A stretch of DNA of 64,000 bases from Paramoeba atlantica (lineage: Eukaryota > Protista > Discosea), in contig CDRNVI010000041.1 in NCBI GenBank assembly GCA_977017575.1, positions 409,898 to 473,897 of the forward strand. The letters run 5' to 3'. This document shows positions 10,344 to 21,722 of this stretch, piece by piece. Made by a program: the position numbers and the translations under genes. The notes under the pieces were generated by a model. That model did not search any database. It worked only from the letters and a program-made list of their open reading frames with translations, and was not told the DNA's origin. How positions within the stretch are numbered: position 1 is the first letter of the stretch; every line of letters begins with the position of its first letter.

Positions 10344-13131
10344 CATTCGCCAGTGTTCCTACGATAAATTACAAACCAGTCAAGACGGGAACGACATTTT
10401 CGCATCGAACACCCACCAAACTCAGTCGGGGTGCAAAAGTAAGATACAGAAAGATTTATCCGGAGAGCGTCGAGGAAACGAGAAAGAAGAGGAGAACCGT
10501 TATGCCACCGGCTGCAGTGAATGTCACCAATTGCAGAGGAAAGTTGATTCCATGTGGGAGTATATATCAAGGCACGTTAAGCCTTCAGAGTATTACAGCG
10601 GGGCGGAAAAATCTGTTAAGTCTACTGATGGGAGTCAAGGAATTTACACCGGAAGTACGGGTAGCACTAGACGCGATGTCGGGGATGTGGAGTACGTCGA
10701 CTTGGGAAACAAGAGCACGAATATGGGAAAGATTTCGACAATTTTGCCAAGGGAAAAACGTTCATCTGACACCGATCCACGCAGTAGCTTTTGTACAATG
10801 CCTTCCAGTCACAATACAAACGAGAATAACCTACGGCCGAGCGTTGATGACGCTATTCAATCTGATCGGCGAATGTACTGTACCAATAAAATTTTTCTGC
10901 AAGGCACTCCAAGCACAAGGAGCAGAGGAACCCACACATCAGATGGAACCCTTGACACCATACCTGCTAAACAAGATACGGAGAAGGGTCACGCAAGCGG
11001 AAGGGCTAACGTTAATGATGAGTTGGAAGGCTGCATCACGATGGTCGGAAACAGCAAATTTGACACGAGAAAAGTTTGTCGAAGTGACTCCAGAACGGAT
11101 CGTAGTAGCTTGGGGAAGAGGCACCAAAGCAACTCGATGCAACCCATGGCGCGCATCAATGTATACAGTCATCAAGGGGGAAGGAACACGAGAACTAGCT
11201 CAGTACGTACTTACGCTGAAGCCGTGGGACAGAATGTGTCGCACCAATGTGAGACAGATGGACAAACTTATCAAGAGCGTTCTGGGCCAAGGCTTTGGAA
11301 CGCACTCCGCAAAGCGAGGCGCGGTGACGGAACTTTTCAAGGAAGTTGCAAACGGGAAATTGACGATCGAGGAGGTCAAGAATTTAGCAAAACATCAGCA
11401 GATCGAGTCTCTCCTCAGATACAATTCCAATCCGGTAACGACAGCCCTTGCACTTGGAACAGCAAACGCAACAGACAAACTGAAAACGCTCTAAAAACAG
11501 AATATTTATTTCGCCAGTACTTGCGGGACATGCCGCAAGAGAAAAACCGACATACGATTGTGCGTACGCGACGCACGACAAAGCTAGCGACGAATGAACA
11601 ATTGAATTTGCCGTTGCATGTGAAAAAGATTCCTGCTATGGATGTAAAAGCGATTGAGATGAAAATGAATGATACAACGAAAAGGCGGTTTCAAGACACT
11701 ATGGAGAAGTTATTGCTTTTACAACGAACACCGGATAGGGAGCCGAACATGGGGCCAAAATTATCAGTGCCAGACATTGAGGACTTAGTTCAAGCCAAAA
11801 TTCTATCAAAAGTTACACACGAAGAGGAGCGGAAACGTCCTTCCAACCAATGGATAATACCATTTACCGTGATTGAGCCAGCAGACGATACAGCAGAAAC
11901 TGAAAGAAGAAGATTTATAGCTTGGACAAAGGAGGATAACACGAGAATAAAGAACGAATATCTGCCATATGTTCCCCTGAAACATGCGGCTTATTACTTA
12001 CATCGAGCCAAGGAATCATATGGGTTGAAGCGAGACATGGCATGCGGATTCTATCAGGTGCCAATTCCGTTATATTCTCGAGCAAAATTTCGATTTCGAT
12101 CAGAGAACGGTGAATTGTATGAGCTAAACGTAATGCCGATGGGACATCGTTGTGCGCCTGAAATAATGCACACAATCACCGCTACACTGGCAGGAGACCC
12201 GAAGTACTGCACAGAGCAGGGTGCATATTCCGACTCTTTTCAGGCAGATGTTTATGTCGATGGGTTGAGATTTGCTGGTACAATTGAACAAACCGAAAAA
12301 TATAAGGATTTTGTGGATAAGCGCGCACAGGAAGTGGGAGTAACGTTCAAGGATATAGGCAAAGAACCGATGCAACAGTACGTTTTTAATGGAGTAGAAT
12401 ACTGCCATGAGGAAGGAAAAGTTAGAATGGGACCTAAAATCGTGAAGCGCATGCAAAACGATCGTTTTCGGAACACGACTTATGGAAAATTGGAGTCAGC
12501 AGTTGGAAGGTTGGTTCACGCATCGTCGGTTCTGGGTGAGCCCATCGCGAATTATCATTTTACGTTAAAATTGGTTCGTCGGCGTATAAATGCACTAAAC
12601 AACAATCCATCATTACTGGACAGGACAGCGTATCTCCCCCCGTATGTAACGATAGAGTTAACCAGGTGGAAGCACATATTGATTTCCAACAGATTAATAA
12701 CCCCACCACCGCATCCTGACACAGTGCCACACCGCCACAGAATTTACACCGACGCATCGGGAACAGGTTGGGGAGCGATTCTCTACTTAGATTTTGGTCC
12801 TATTGTTTGTGTGGGAGATAGGTGGGAAGATGATTTCGTGTACGAAGTAAACCGAGCCGAGACGAGGGCCGTTCGTCTTGCGTTCGAAAAATTAGCGCAT
12901 CACTTTCGACGTGGAACCTGTATCGATTTATTTATCGATAACACTTCGTGTCTAGCATCCATCAAGAAGAAGTCTACGAAGTCGGATGGGATCAGTATGG
13001 AGCTCACTGGGCTGTTGAATTTTTTAAGGAAGCAAGGAATTGCAGTTCAACCCCATTATGTAGCATCGAAAGAGAACCCCGCTGACCCATTGAGCCGGCA
13101 AAGAATTGCGAAAGGGGAAACAAGTGACTAG
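10327..13131 (+). CDS. RT-RNase H with N-terminal extension spanning the YR gene, family 3
   Basis: KRDMACGFYQV, MPMGH, YVDG, IYTDAS..GWGA, FIDNTS, NPADPLSR. Confidence 0.9.
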   Translation: MKRPPVIRQCSYDKLQTSQDGNDIFASNTHQTQSGCKSKIQKDLSGERRGNEKEEENRYATGCSECHQLQRKVDSMWEYISRHVKPSEYYSGAEKSVKSTDGSQGIYTGSTGSTRRDVGDVEYVDLGNKSTNMGKISTILPREKRSSDTDPRSSFCTMPSSHNTNENNLRPSVDDAIQSDRRMYCTNKIFLQGTPSTRSRGTHTSDGTLDTIPAKQDTEKGHASGRANVNDELEGCITMVGNSKFDTRKVCRSDSRTDRSSLGKRHQSNSMQPMARINVYSHQGGRNTRTSSVRTYAEAVGQNVSHQCETDGQTYQERSGPRLWNALRKARRGDGTFQGSCKREIDDRGGQEFSKTSADRVSPQIQFQSGNDSPCTWNSKRNRQTENALKTEYLFRQYLRDMPQEKNRHTIVRTRRTTKLATNEQLNLPLHVKKIPAMDVKAIEMKMNDTTKRRFQDTMEKLLLLQRTPDREPNMGPKLSVPDIEDLVQAKILSKVTHEEERKRPSNQWIIPFTVIEPADDTAETERRRFIAWTKEDNTRIKNEYLPYVPLKHAAYYLHRAKESYGLKRDMACGFYQVPIPLYSRAKFRFRSENGELYELNVMPMGHRCAPEIMHTITATLAGDPKYCTEQGAYSDSFQADVYVDGLRFAGTIEQTEKYKDFVDKRAQEVGVTFKDIGKEPMQQYVFNGVEYCHEEGKVRMGPKIVKRMQNDRFRNTTYGKLESAVGRLVHASSVLGEPIANYHFTLKLVRRRINALNNNPSLLDRTAYLPPYVTIELTRWKHILISNRLITPPPHPDTVPHRHRIYTDASGTGWGAILYLDFGPIVCVGDRWEDDFVYEVNRAETRAVRLAFEKLAHHFRRGTCIDLFIDNTSCLASIKKKSTKSDGISMELTGLLNFLRKQGIAVQPHYVASKENPADPLSRQRIAKGETSD
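10502..11494 (+). CDS. Tyrosine recombinase, family 3 (entirely within the RT frame)
   Basis: SRWSE, GTK, HSAKRG, KH, LLRY; frame already open from 10331. Confidence 0.88.
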   Translation: MPPAAVNVTNCRGKLIPCGSIYQGTLSLQSITAGRKNLLSLLMGVKEFTPEVRVALDAMSGMWSTSTWETRARIWERFRQFCQGKNVHLTPIHAVAFVQCLPVTIQTRITYGRALMTLFNLIGECTVPIKFFCKALQAQGAEEPTHQMEPLTPYLLNKIRRRVTQAEGLTLMMSWKAASRWSETANLTREKFVEVTPERIVVAWGRGTKATRCNPWRASMYTVIKGEGTRELAQYVLTLKPWDRMCRTNVRQMDKLIKSVLGQGFGTHSAKRGAVTELFKEVANGKLTIEEVKNLAKHQQIESLLRYNSNPVTTALALGTANATDKLKTL

Positions 13132-13142
13132 CGAAAGGGTGG

Positions 13143-14325
13143 TCCCCGCGTGGACACCCGTTCGCGATAGGGAGGGATGTATATCTCTCTGGGAGGTGAA
13201 AAGGATAGGTATAAAATATTTGATTATTTTGCGTACAAATAATGAAAGATGCATCATATTGGAAATTCAGCATACAGATGGATAGTAGGTTTAAAAGATA
13301 ATGAGAAATACATGTATGTTAAAATATTTTGAGATATTTCAATAGCAGATTAATATTAGGACTCGAGTAGTATGTACTTGTGAAATTAATGTTTCTTTCC
13401 CGGAGAGCAATTCTAGAAGTTTACGAATAGAATTGTTCGAAGGGATTTATACGCCGATAAATGGCCGGCGGGCATTGTACGCTTGTATTTAGAATGATTT
13501 GAATATGCAGTTTAGTCCATACGATTATCGCCTTTATTTGAAGAAGTGTTTTTTCTCCATACAAAACTTTTTGTCCCACCCACCAGCCCCCAAACCACTC
13601 CCCGCGTGGACACCCGTTCGCGATAGGGAGGGATGTATATCTCTCTGGGAGGTGAAAAGGATAGGTATAAAATATTTGATTATTTTGCGTACAAATAATG
13701 ATAGATGCATCATATTGGAAATTCAGCATACAGATGGATAGTAGGTTTAAAAGATAATGAGAAATACATGTATGTTAAAATATTTTGAGATATTTCAATA
13801 GCAGATTAATATTAGGACTCGAGTAGTATGTACTTGTGAAATTAATGTTTCTTTCCCGGAGAGCAATTCTAGAAGTTTACGAATAGAATTGTTCGAAGGG
13901 ATTTATACGCCGATAAATGGCCGGCGGGCATTGTACGCTTGTATTTAGAATGATTTGAATATGCAGTTTAGTCCATACGATTATCGCCTTTATTTGAAGA
14001 AGTGTTTTTTCTCCATACAAAACTTTTTGTCCCACCCACCAGCCCCCAAACCACTCCCCGCGTGGACACCCGTTCGCGATAGGGAGGGATGTATATCTCT
14101 CTGGGAGGTGAAAAGGATAGGTATAAAATATTTGATTATTTTGCGTACAAATAATGAAAGATGCATCATATTGGAAATTCAGCATACAGATGGATAGTAG
14201 GTTTAAAAGATAATGAGAAATACATGTATGTTAAAATATTTTGAGATATTTCAATAGCAGATTAATATTAGGACTCGAGTAGTATGTACTTGTGAAATTA
14301 ATGTTTCTTTCCCGGAGAGCAATTC
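13143..14325 (+). repeat. B1-A2-B2-A3-B3 terminal repeats (456-bp period)
   Basis: 271-bp B x3, 161-bp A x2, C-rich linkers. Confidence 0.92.
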
Positions 14326-14892
14326 TGTTGTAAACGTGATCTGGAGCTTTGGAGTGTGAGTTTATCTCTTCTTGGTGTTCTTTTTCGTCCCCGCCGTCCA
14401 TAGACATTTGATCGCGCATCTCCTCGTCGGTGGCCTTGGATTCGACTTCCGTATCACTTGTTAAATCTTGATCGAACTCCATTTCCAACGGTACCTCTTT
14501 TGACTTCGCTGAGGATGTCTCCATTCGAAAAGTTGTTGTTTTAATCTTGATCGTGTTTCGAGGATGGGGTTTTCGAGGCTCGACGTCGTCGTTCATACCG
14601 TGATCTGCCCAGTTTCTTGGTAATTCCTTGGGCTCGATGAATTTGATTCGTGGCTTCTTTTTCAGAGTTGCTGCTACTTTTATTTCTGGTGAAGTTTGTT
14701 CACATTTTTCCTCGCATTGAAGATGAATTCTTGTAGCCTCTATATCTTTATGATTTTTTGGCTTCGAGAGCCGTCCATGATTCACTGTGGGTTCCTTCAA
14801 TTTCTTCTTGACTTGTGTGGTACTTCGCGTCGGTGTCCGAGAAAGGCGTGTCATGAGAAAGAAAAATTAAAGAAAGCAACAAGGTACAGAAA
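14326..14892 (-). pseudogene. SL-capped 5' fragment of a probable CRE-like element ORF, cut by YR family 3
   Basis: SL 3' part at 14877-14892; ORF MTRLSRTP...APDHV resembles the APDHV end of the ORF at 24912-25681. Confidence 0.55.
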
Positions 14893-14909
14893 GTAGTGGT
14901 ACAGAAAGT

Positions 14910-15124
14910 AGAGGTGGTCCAGGCAACTCACCACCTCTTTACGCAGCCGGAGGGGCGTACTGCAACCGACTCGGTCCCAGTCGGTAGAGGTGGTCCAGGC
15001 AACTCACCACCTCTTTACGCAGCCGGAGGGGCGTACTGCAACCGACTCGGTCCCAGTCGGTAGAGGTGGTCCAGGCAACTCACCACCTCTTTACGCAGCC
15101 GGAGGGGCGCACTGCAACCGACCG
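14910..15124. repeat. 76-bp tandem repeat (about 2.8 copies), two hairpins per unit
   Basis: Unit starts at 14911, 14987, 15063; stems AGAGGTGGT/ACCACCTCT and ACCGACT/AGTCGGT. Confidence 0.9.
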
Positions 15125-15323
15125 CTGCCTCGCGATAATGCGAGGCAGAGTCACGCCCAGTGGTCCTCAAGGGAGGCCACCATGGCGCATAGCTCCCGGG
15201 AAGAGACAGGCGCGAGAAGAAGAAAGCCGGGGAGGGAAGAAAACTCACTCAAGGAGTGAGCCGGGGAGGGGTGAAAAGTCGGAAGTACGTCCCCTACTTC
15301 CACGACAAAGAGGGACAGTCCCT

Positions 15324-15437
15324 GCTAGCCGTCAGCCGGAAACGGGCATTTAAAAGGAAAATGTATGCCCGTTTCCGGGAAAAGAAAGGAAGGGCTAGCA
15401 AAATGTACCAACAAGGTACAGAAACTGTATCTTTATC
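15324..15437 (-). ncRNA. Candidate spliced-leader RNA gene or pseudogene (SL exon + GT intron)
   Basis: GATAAAGATACAGTTTCTGTACCTTGTTG|GTACATTTTG; TGTAC/GTACA stem across the donor; Sm-like ATTTTG; nested 7-bp and 14-bp stems. Confidence 0.45.
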
Positions 15438-16982
15438 ACGGGATCGCCGATAACCCAAGGGACGTAGGGTCAAATTGAAACGTGTTGACTTCCGCAAGGG
15501 AAAACGATGTGCGACATGCCCCCGTCCCATCACGCGTTCGCTTGCTTGCGTTGAACGCACAAGTTTGAAAGCACGCCAAGATTTCGACACAGAACAACGC
15601 AGGGACGACCAAGCCTCTCTCGTAGAGCATGTCCCTGACGGTGCCTGTTTGCTGGACCGTGTTTCAGCAACGCAAATTGGCGTGAGGAAGACGAGTTTGT
15701 CAATTCCCCTGCGCTTTTCAGCACTTTACGTGTTGGACGCGTTGAAAAGGGTTATTTTCTGACCAATCACCGCAACGACCGAACGCGACAACGAAACGGC
15801 TCACGTACGAAGTTGCTTAACAGTGGGCCACTGGTTCGCGAGGTCTGAAATCAAGCTGTGTTTTGTGAGATGAAGCAGATTGCTTCTTTGTAGAGCCTCG
15901 ATGGGGATGTTTTGGAGTAATGGCGGATGCCCCCTTGTTCTATTCTATTCTATTTGACACCCATTTGGCCTTGACAGGCTGTGGGTCCTCTACCGTCCAC
16001 GCGAGGGGGCCCGACGGCTCGGATGTTACTCCGATGCGTACGACCGGTCCTTGCGGACCGGCGGGCGAAACCCACACAGCTGTTCGTGTGGACTATTGTG
16101 TGTGTGTGTGTTGGAAGATTGAACTCCATGGATAAAGTTCTGCGTATGCTTGCCTTTTATTTGTGCGTGGTTTTAAATTTCTTTGGCATTGGCAAATTTT
16201 GTTTTGTTTCTCTTTTCCACATGCCGTCCATTTTTGTGCGCTTGTGTTTGTGGAATGTTGTGCCCACTCCACTGCGCAGTGAGTGTTACAAGGGCTGCCG
16301 CCCCCACACGCCCTTTGCTTCACGTTACGGTGGGTATGGCACTTTCGGTGCGTAGACCACTTTACGAAGCGATTGGGAGATGCACAAACCCTCCATCACA
16401 ACGGGGCGTTCGACGCCCCCCTCCCCTCGTGCAAATACGTAGAAATGACTGCACCTCGCCATTCCAGGCCCTGTGCGGACACACGGGATCGCCGATAACC
16501 CAAGGGACGTAGGGTCAAATTGAAACGTGTTGACTTCCCCAAGGGAAAACGATGTGCGACATGCCCCCGTCCCATCACGCGTTCGCTTGCTTGCGTTGAA
16601 CGCACAAGTTTGAAAGCACGCCAAGATTTCGACACAGAACAACGCAGGGACGACCAAGCCTCTCTCGTAGAGCATGTCCCTGACGGTGCCTGTTTGCTGG
16701 ACCGTGTTTCAGCAACGCAAATTGGCGTGAGGAAGACGAGTTTGTCAATTCCCCTGCGCTTTTCAGCACTTTACGTGTTGGACGCGTTGAAAAGGATTAT
16801 TTTCTGACCAATCACCGCAACGACCGAACGCGACAACGAAACGGCTCACGTACGAAGTTGCTTAACAGTGGGCCACTGGTTCGCGAGGTCTGAAATCAAG
16901 CTGTGTTTTGTGAGATGAAGCAGATTGCTTCTTTGTAGAGCCTCGATGGGGATGTTTTGGAGTAATGGCGGATGCCCCCTTG

Positions 16983-17846
16983 TTCTATTCTATTCTATTT
17001 GACACCCATTTGGCCTTGACAGGCTGTGGGTCCTCTACCGTCCACGCGAGGGGGCCCGACGGCTCGGATGTTACTCCGATGCGTACGACCGGTCCTTGCG
17101 GACCGGCGGGCGAGCCAGCCGTAGAAAGCCACGGCTGGCACTTCACTTAGGACGGGAGTCGGAGACGCAGCGTGGCTAGGCCACACACTGACCAGCGGTC
17201 CCTACGAGAGGGGCAACCAATCCTCCGCGCGCCTTCAAAGAAGGTGGTACAAAACGTTTAATTTAAAGTTATTGAATTCCAGATGCCCTACGTTTCCTTT
17301 TTCGAGCCCACGTCCCGTCTTCTTTGTGGTTCTTTATAGCTTGGGCCCACCTATTTCTGTTCTGGGCCATCGTCTTCCACAGTTGTGGTGGTATTCCTGA
17401 CCTTTCACACGCTTTTTCTACGGCTTGAACGTAAGGAGGATTTGTGCATGGTAAGCGGTGGTGCATTAGTATCCCGAATAGCGTCTTATTAGGGTGCCGA
17501 TGTTCATCCATACGAGCTACGTGCCCTGCATAGCTGAGAATTCTTAGGTCATAAAGCAGTTGAGTAGGCTCCATGTCAGACATTCCCATCACCTCGGAGT
17601 TGCTGGTTCGTTTGCGTTCGGGGCAGGTATTTCCATCAATTGGGCTCCATGGAATCTTGAGTGCCCTCCGGATCATACTCAAGTAGTGGACATCTAGTGT
17701 ACTTTGGAGTTTGGCGTCCAGCGCCCGGGACACACTTCCGTACATCAACCGTGGATAGACGTAAATCTTAAAGACAGTTGACTTCCGGTGCCTGGAGATG
17801 AGTTTGTTATTCCAAATCGATTTTAACTCGTGTATTTTAGTCTGTG
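16983..17846 (-). mobile_element. 5'-truncated RTE-type LINE fragment (RT C-terminus, structured 3' UTR, (AATAG)n tail), array copy 1
   Basis: LKSIW...YPRLMYG...YAGHVARM...AQNRNRW; short-repeat tail at 16983-16999. Confidence 0.75.
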
Positions 17847-18920
17847 CAACAAGGTACCCCCTTGTTAGGGTCGCATAAATGTATTTTGCCCCCGACCGCT
17901 CTCAATTTCCGTTTTTGTGGATTCGAATTGTTGCTTGGAAATGTTGATTTTGGTGATTGGGACCGTGGTGGTCAGGTCGGGAATGTACCTTGCCTCTGTA
18001 GATGGGGGCCCACACAGCTGTTCGTGTGGACTATTGTGTGTGTGTGTGTTGGAAGATTGAACTCCATGGATAAAGTTCTGCGTATGCTTGCCTTTTATTT
18101 GTGCGTGGTTTTAAATTTCTTTGGCATTGGCAAATTTTGTTTTGTTTCTCTTTTCCACATGCCGTCCATTTTTGTGCGCTTGTGTTTGTGGAATGTTGTG
18201 CCCACTCCACTGCGCAGTGAGTGTTACAAGGGCTGCCGCCCCCACACGCCCTTTGCTTCACGTTACGGTGGGTATGGCACTTTCGGTGCGTAGACCACTT
18301 TACGAAGCGATTGGGAGATGCACAAACCCTCCATCACAACGGGGCGTTCGACGCCCCCCTCCCCTCGTGCAAATACGTAGAAATGACTGCACCTCGCCAT
18401 TCCAGGCCCTGTGCGGACACACGGGATCGCCGATAACCCAAGGGACGTAGGGTCAAATTGAAACGTGTTGACTTCCCCAAGGGAAAACGATGTGCGACAT
18501 GCCCCCGTCCCATCACGCGTTCGCTTGCTTGCGTTGAACGCACAAGTTTGAAAGCACGCCAAGATTTCGACACAGAACAACGCAGGGACGACCAAGCCTC
18601 TCTCGTAGAGCATGTCCCTGACGGTGCCTGTTTGCTGGACCGTGTTTCAGCAACGCAAATTGGCGTGAGGAAGACGAGTTTGTCAATTCCCCTGCGCTTT
18701 TCAGCACTTTACGTGTTGGACGCGTTGAAAAGGGTTATTTTCTGACCAATCACCGCAACGACCGAACGCGACAACGAAACGGCTCACATACGAAGTTGCT
18801 TAACAGTGGGCCACTGGTTCGCGAGGTCTGAAATCAAGCTGTGTTTTGTGAGATGAAGCAGATTGCTTCTTTGTAGAGCCTCGATGGGGATGTTTTGGAG
18901 TAATGGCGGATGCCCCCTTG

Positions 18921-19784
18921 TTCTATTCTATTCTATTTGACACCCATTTGGCCTTGACAGGCTGTGGGTCCTCTACCGTCCACGCGAGGGGGCCCGACGG
19001 CTCGGATGTTACTCCGATGCGTACGACCGGTCCTTGCGGACCGGCGGGCGAGCCAGCCGTAGAAAGCCACGGCTGGCACTTCACTTAGGACGGGAGTCGG
19101 AGACGCAGCGTGGCTAGGCCACACACTGACCAGCGGTCCCTACGAGAGGGGCAACCAATCCTCCGCGCGCCTTCAAAGAAGGTGGTACAAAACGTTTAAT
19201 TTAAAGTTATTGAATTCCAGATGCCCTACGTTTCCTTTTTCGAGCCCACGTCCCGTCTTCTTTGTGGTTCTTTATAGCTTGGGCCCACCTATTTCTGTTC
19301 TGGGCCATCGTCTTCCACAGTTGTGGTGGTATTCCTGACCTTTCACACGCTTTTTCTACGGCTTGAACGTAAGGAGGATTTGTGCATGGTAAGCGGTGGT
19401 GCATTAGTATCCCGAATAGCGTCTTATTAGGGTGCCGATGTTCATCCATACGAGCTACGTGCCCTGCATAGCTGAGAATTCTTAGGTCATAAAGCAGTTG
19501 AGTAGGCTCCATGTCAGACATTCGCATCACCTCGGAGTTGCTGGTTCGTTTGCGTTCGGGGCAGGTATTTCCATCAATTGGGCTCCATGGAATCTTGAGT
19601 GCCCTCCGGATCATACTCAAGTAGTGGACATCTAGTGTACTTTGGAGTTTGGCGTCCAGCGCCCGGGACACACTTCCGTACATCAACCGTGGATAGACGT
19701 AAATCTTAAAGACAGTTGACTTCCGGTGCCTGGAGATGAGTTTGTTATTCCAAATCGATTTTAACTCGTGTATTTTAGTCTGTG
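18921..19784 (-). mobile_element. RTE-type LINE fragment, array copy 2
   Basis: Copy of 16983-17846 (+1938). Confidence 0.75.
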
Positions 19785-20858
19785 CAACAAGGTACCCCCT
19801 TGTTAGGGTCGCATAAATGTATTTTGCCCCCGACCGCTCTCAATTTCCGTTTTTGTGGATTCGAATTGTTGCTTGGAAATGTTGATTTTGGTGATTGGGA
19901 CCGTGGTGGTCAGGTCGGGAATGTACCTTGCCTCTGTAGATGGGGGCCCACACAGCTGTTCGTGTGGACTATTGTGTGTGTGTGTGTTGGAAGATTGAAC
20001 TCCATGGATAAAGTTCTGCGTATGCTTGCCTTTTATTTGTGCGTGGTTTTAAATTTCTTTGGCATTGGCAAATTTTGTTTTGTTTCTCTTTTCCACATGC
20101 CGTCCATTTTTGTGCGCTTGTGTTTGTGGAATGTTGTGCCCACTCCACTGCGCAGTGAGTGTTACAAGGGCTGCCGCCCCCACACGCCCTTTGCTTCACG
20201 TTACGGTGGGTATGGCACTTTCGGTGCGTAGACCACTTTACGAAGCGATTGGGAGATGCACAAACCCTCCATCACAACGGGGCGTTCGACGCCCCCCTCC
20301 CCTCGTGCAAATACGTAGAAATGACTGCACCTCGCCATTCCAGGCCCTGTGCGGACACACGGGATCGCCGATAACCCAAGGGACGTAGGGTCAAATTGAA
20401 ACGTGTTGACTTCCCCAAGGGAAAACGATGTGCGACATGCCCCCGTCCCATCACGCGTTCGCTTGCTTGCGTTGAACGCACAAGTTTGAAAGCACGCCAA
20501 GATTTCGACACAGAACAACGCAGGGACGACCAAGCCTCTCTCGTAGAGCATGTCCCTGACGGTGCCTGTTTGCTGGACCGTGTTTCAGCAACGCAAATTG
20601 GCGTGAGGAAGACGAGTTTGTCAATTCCCCTGCGCTTTTCAGCACTTTACGTGTTGGACGCGTTGAAAAGGGTTATTTTCTGACCAATCACCGCAACGAC
20701 CGAACGCGACAACGAAACGGCTCACATACGAAGTTGCTTAACAGTGGGCCACTGGTTCGCGAGGTCTGAAATCAAGCTGTGTTTTGTGAGATGAAGCAGA
20801 TTGCTTCTTTGTAGAGCCTCGATGGGGATGTTTTGGAGTAATGGCGGATGCCCCCTTG

Positions 20859-21722
20859 TTCTATTCTATTCTATTTGACACCCATTTGGCCTTGACAGGC
20901 TGTGGGTCCTCTACCGTCCACGCGAGGGGGCCCGACGGCTCGGATGTTACTCCGATGCGTACGACCGGTCCTTGCGGACCGGCGGGCGAGCCAGCCGTAG
21001 AAAGCCACGGCTGGCACTTCACTTAGGACGGGAGTCGGAGACGCAGCGTGGCTAGGCCACACACTGACCAGCGGTCCCTACGAGAGGGGCAACCAATCCT
21101 CCGCGCGCCTTCAAAGAAGGTGGTACAAAACGTTTAATTTAAAGTTATTGAATTCCAGATGCCCTACGTTTCCTTTTTCGAGCCCACGTCCCGTCTTCTT
21201 TGTGGTTCTTTATAGCTTGGGCCCACCTATTTCTGTTCTGGGCCATCGTCTTCCACAGTTGTGGTGGTATTCCTGACCTTTCACACGCTTTTTCTACGGC
21301 TTGAACGTAAGGAGGATTTGTGCATGGTAAGCGGTGGTGCATTAGTATCCCGAATAGCGTCTTATTAGGGTGCCGATGTTCATCCATACGAGCTACGTGC
21401 CCTGCATAGCTGAGAATTCTTAGGTCATAAAGCAGTTGAGTAGGCTCCATGTCAGACATTCGCATCACCTCGGAGTTGCTGGTTCGTTTGCGTTCGGGGC
21501 AGGTATTTCCATCAATTGGGCTCCATGGAATCTTGAGTGCCCTCCGGATCATACTCAAGTAGTGGACATCTAGTGTACTTTGGAGTTTGGCGTCCAGCGC
21601 CCGGGACACACTTCCGTACATCAACCGTGGATAGACGTAAATCTTAAAGACAGTTGACTTCCGGTGCCTGGAGATGAGTTTGTTATTCCAAATCGATTTT
21701 AACTCGTGTATTTTAGTCTGTG
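20859..21722 (-). mobile_element. RTE-type LINE fragment, array copy 3
   Basis: Copy of 16983-17846 (+3876). Confidence 0.75.

Larger units (their letters stand above)
9082..14325 (+). mobile_element. Complete YR retrotransposon family 3 (A1-gag-YR-RT/RH-B1-A2-B2-A3-B3)
   Basis: A1 9082-9242 equals A2 13414-13574 and A3 13870-14030; B copies at 13143-13413, 13599-13869, 14055-14325; three intact ORFs. Confidence 0.92.

Noticed and set aside
16963-16975. AATGGCGGATGC shared between the array unit and the LINE start (56100, minus)
   Set aside because: A 12-nt match is expected by chance in 64 kb and the flanks are unrelated
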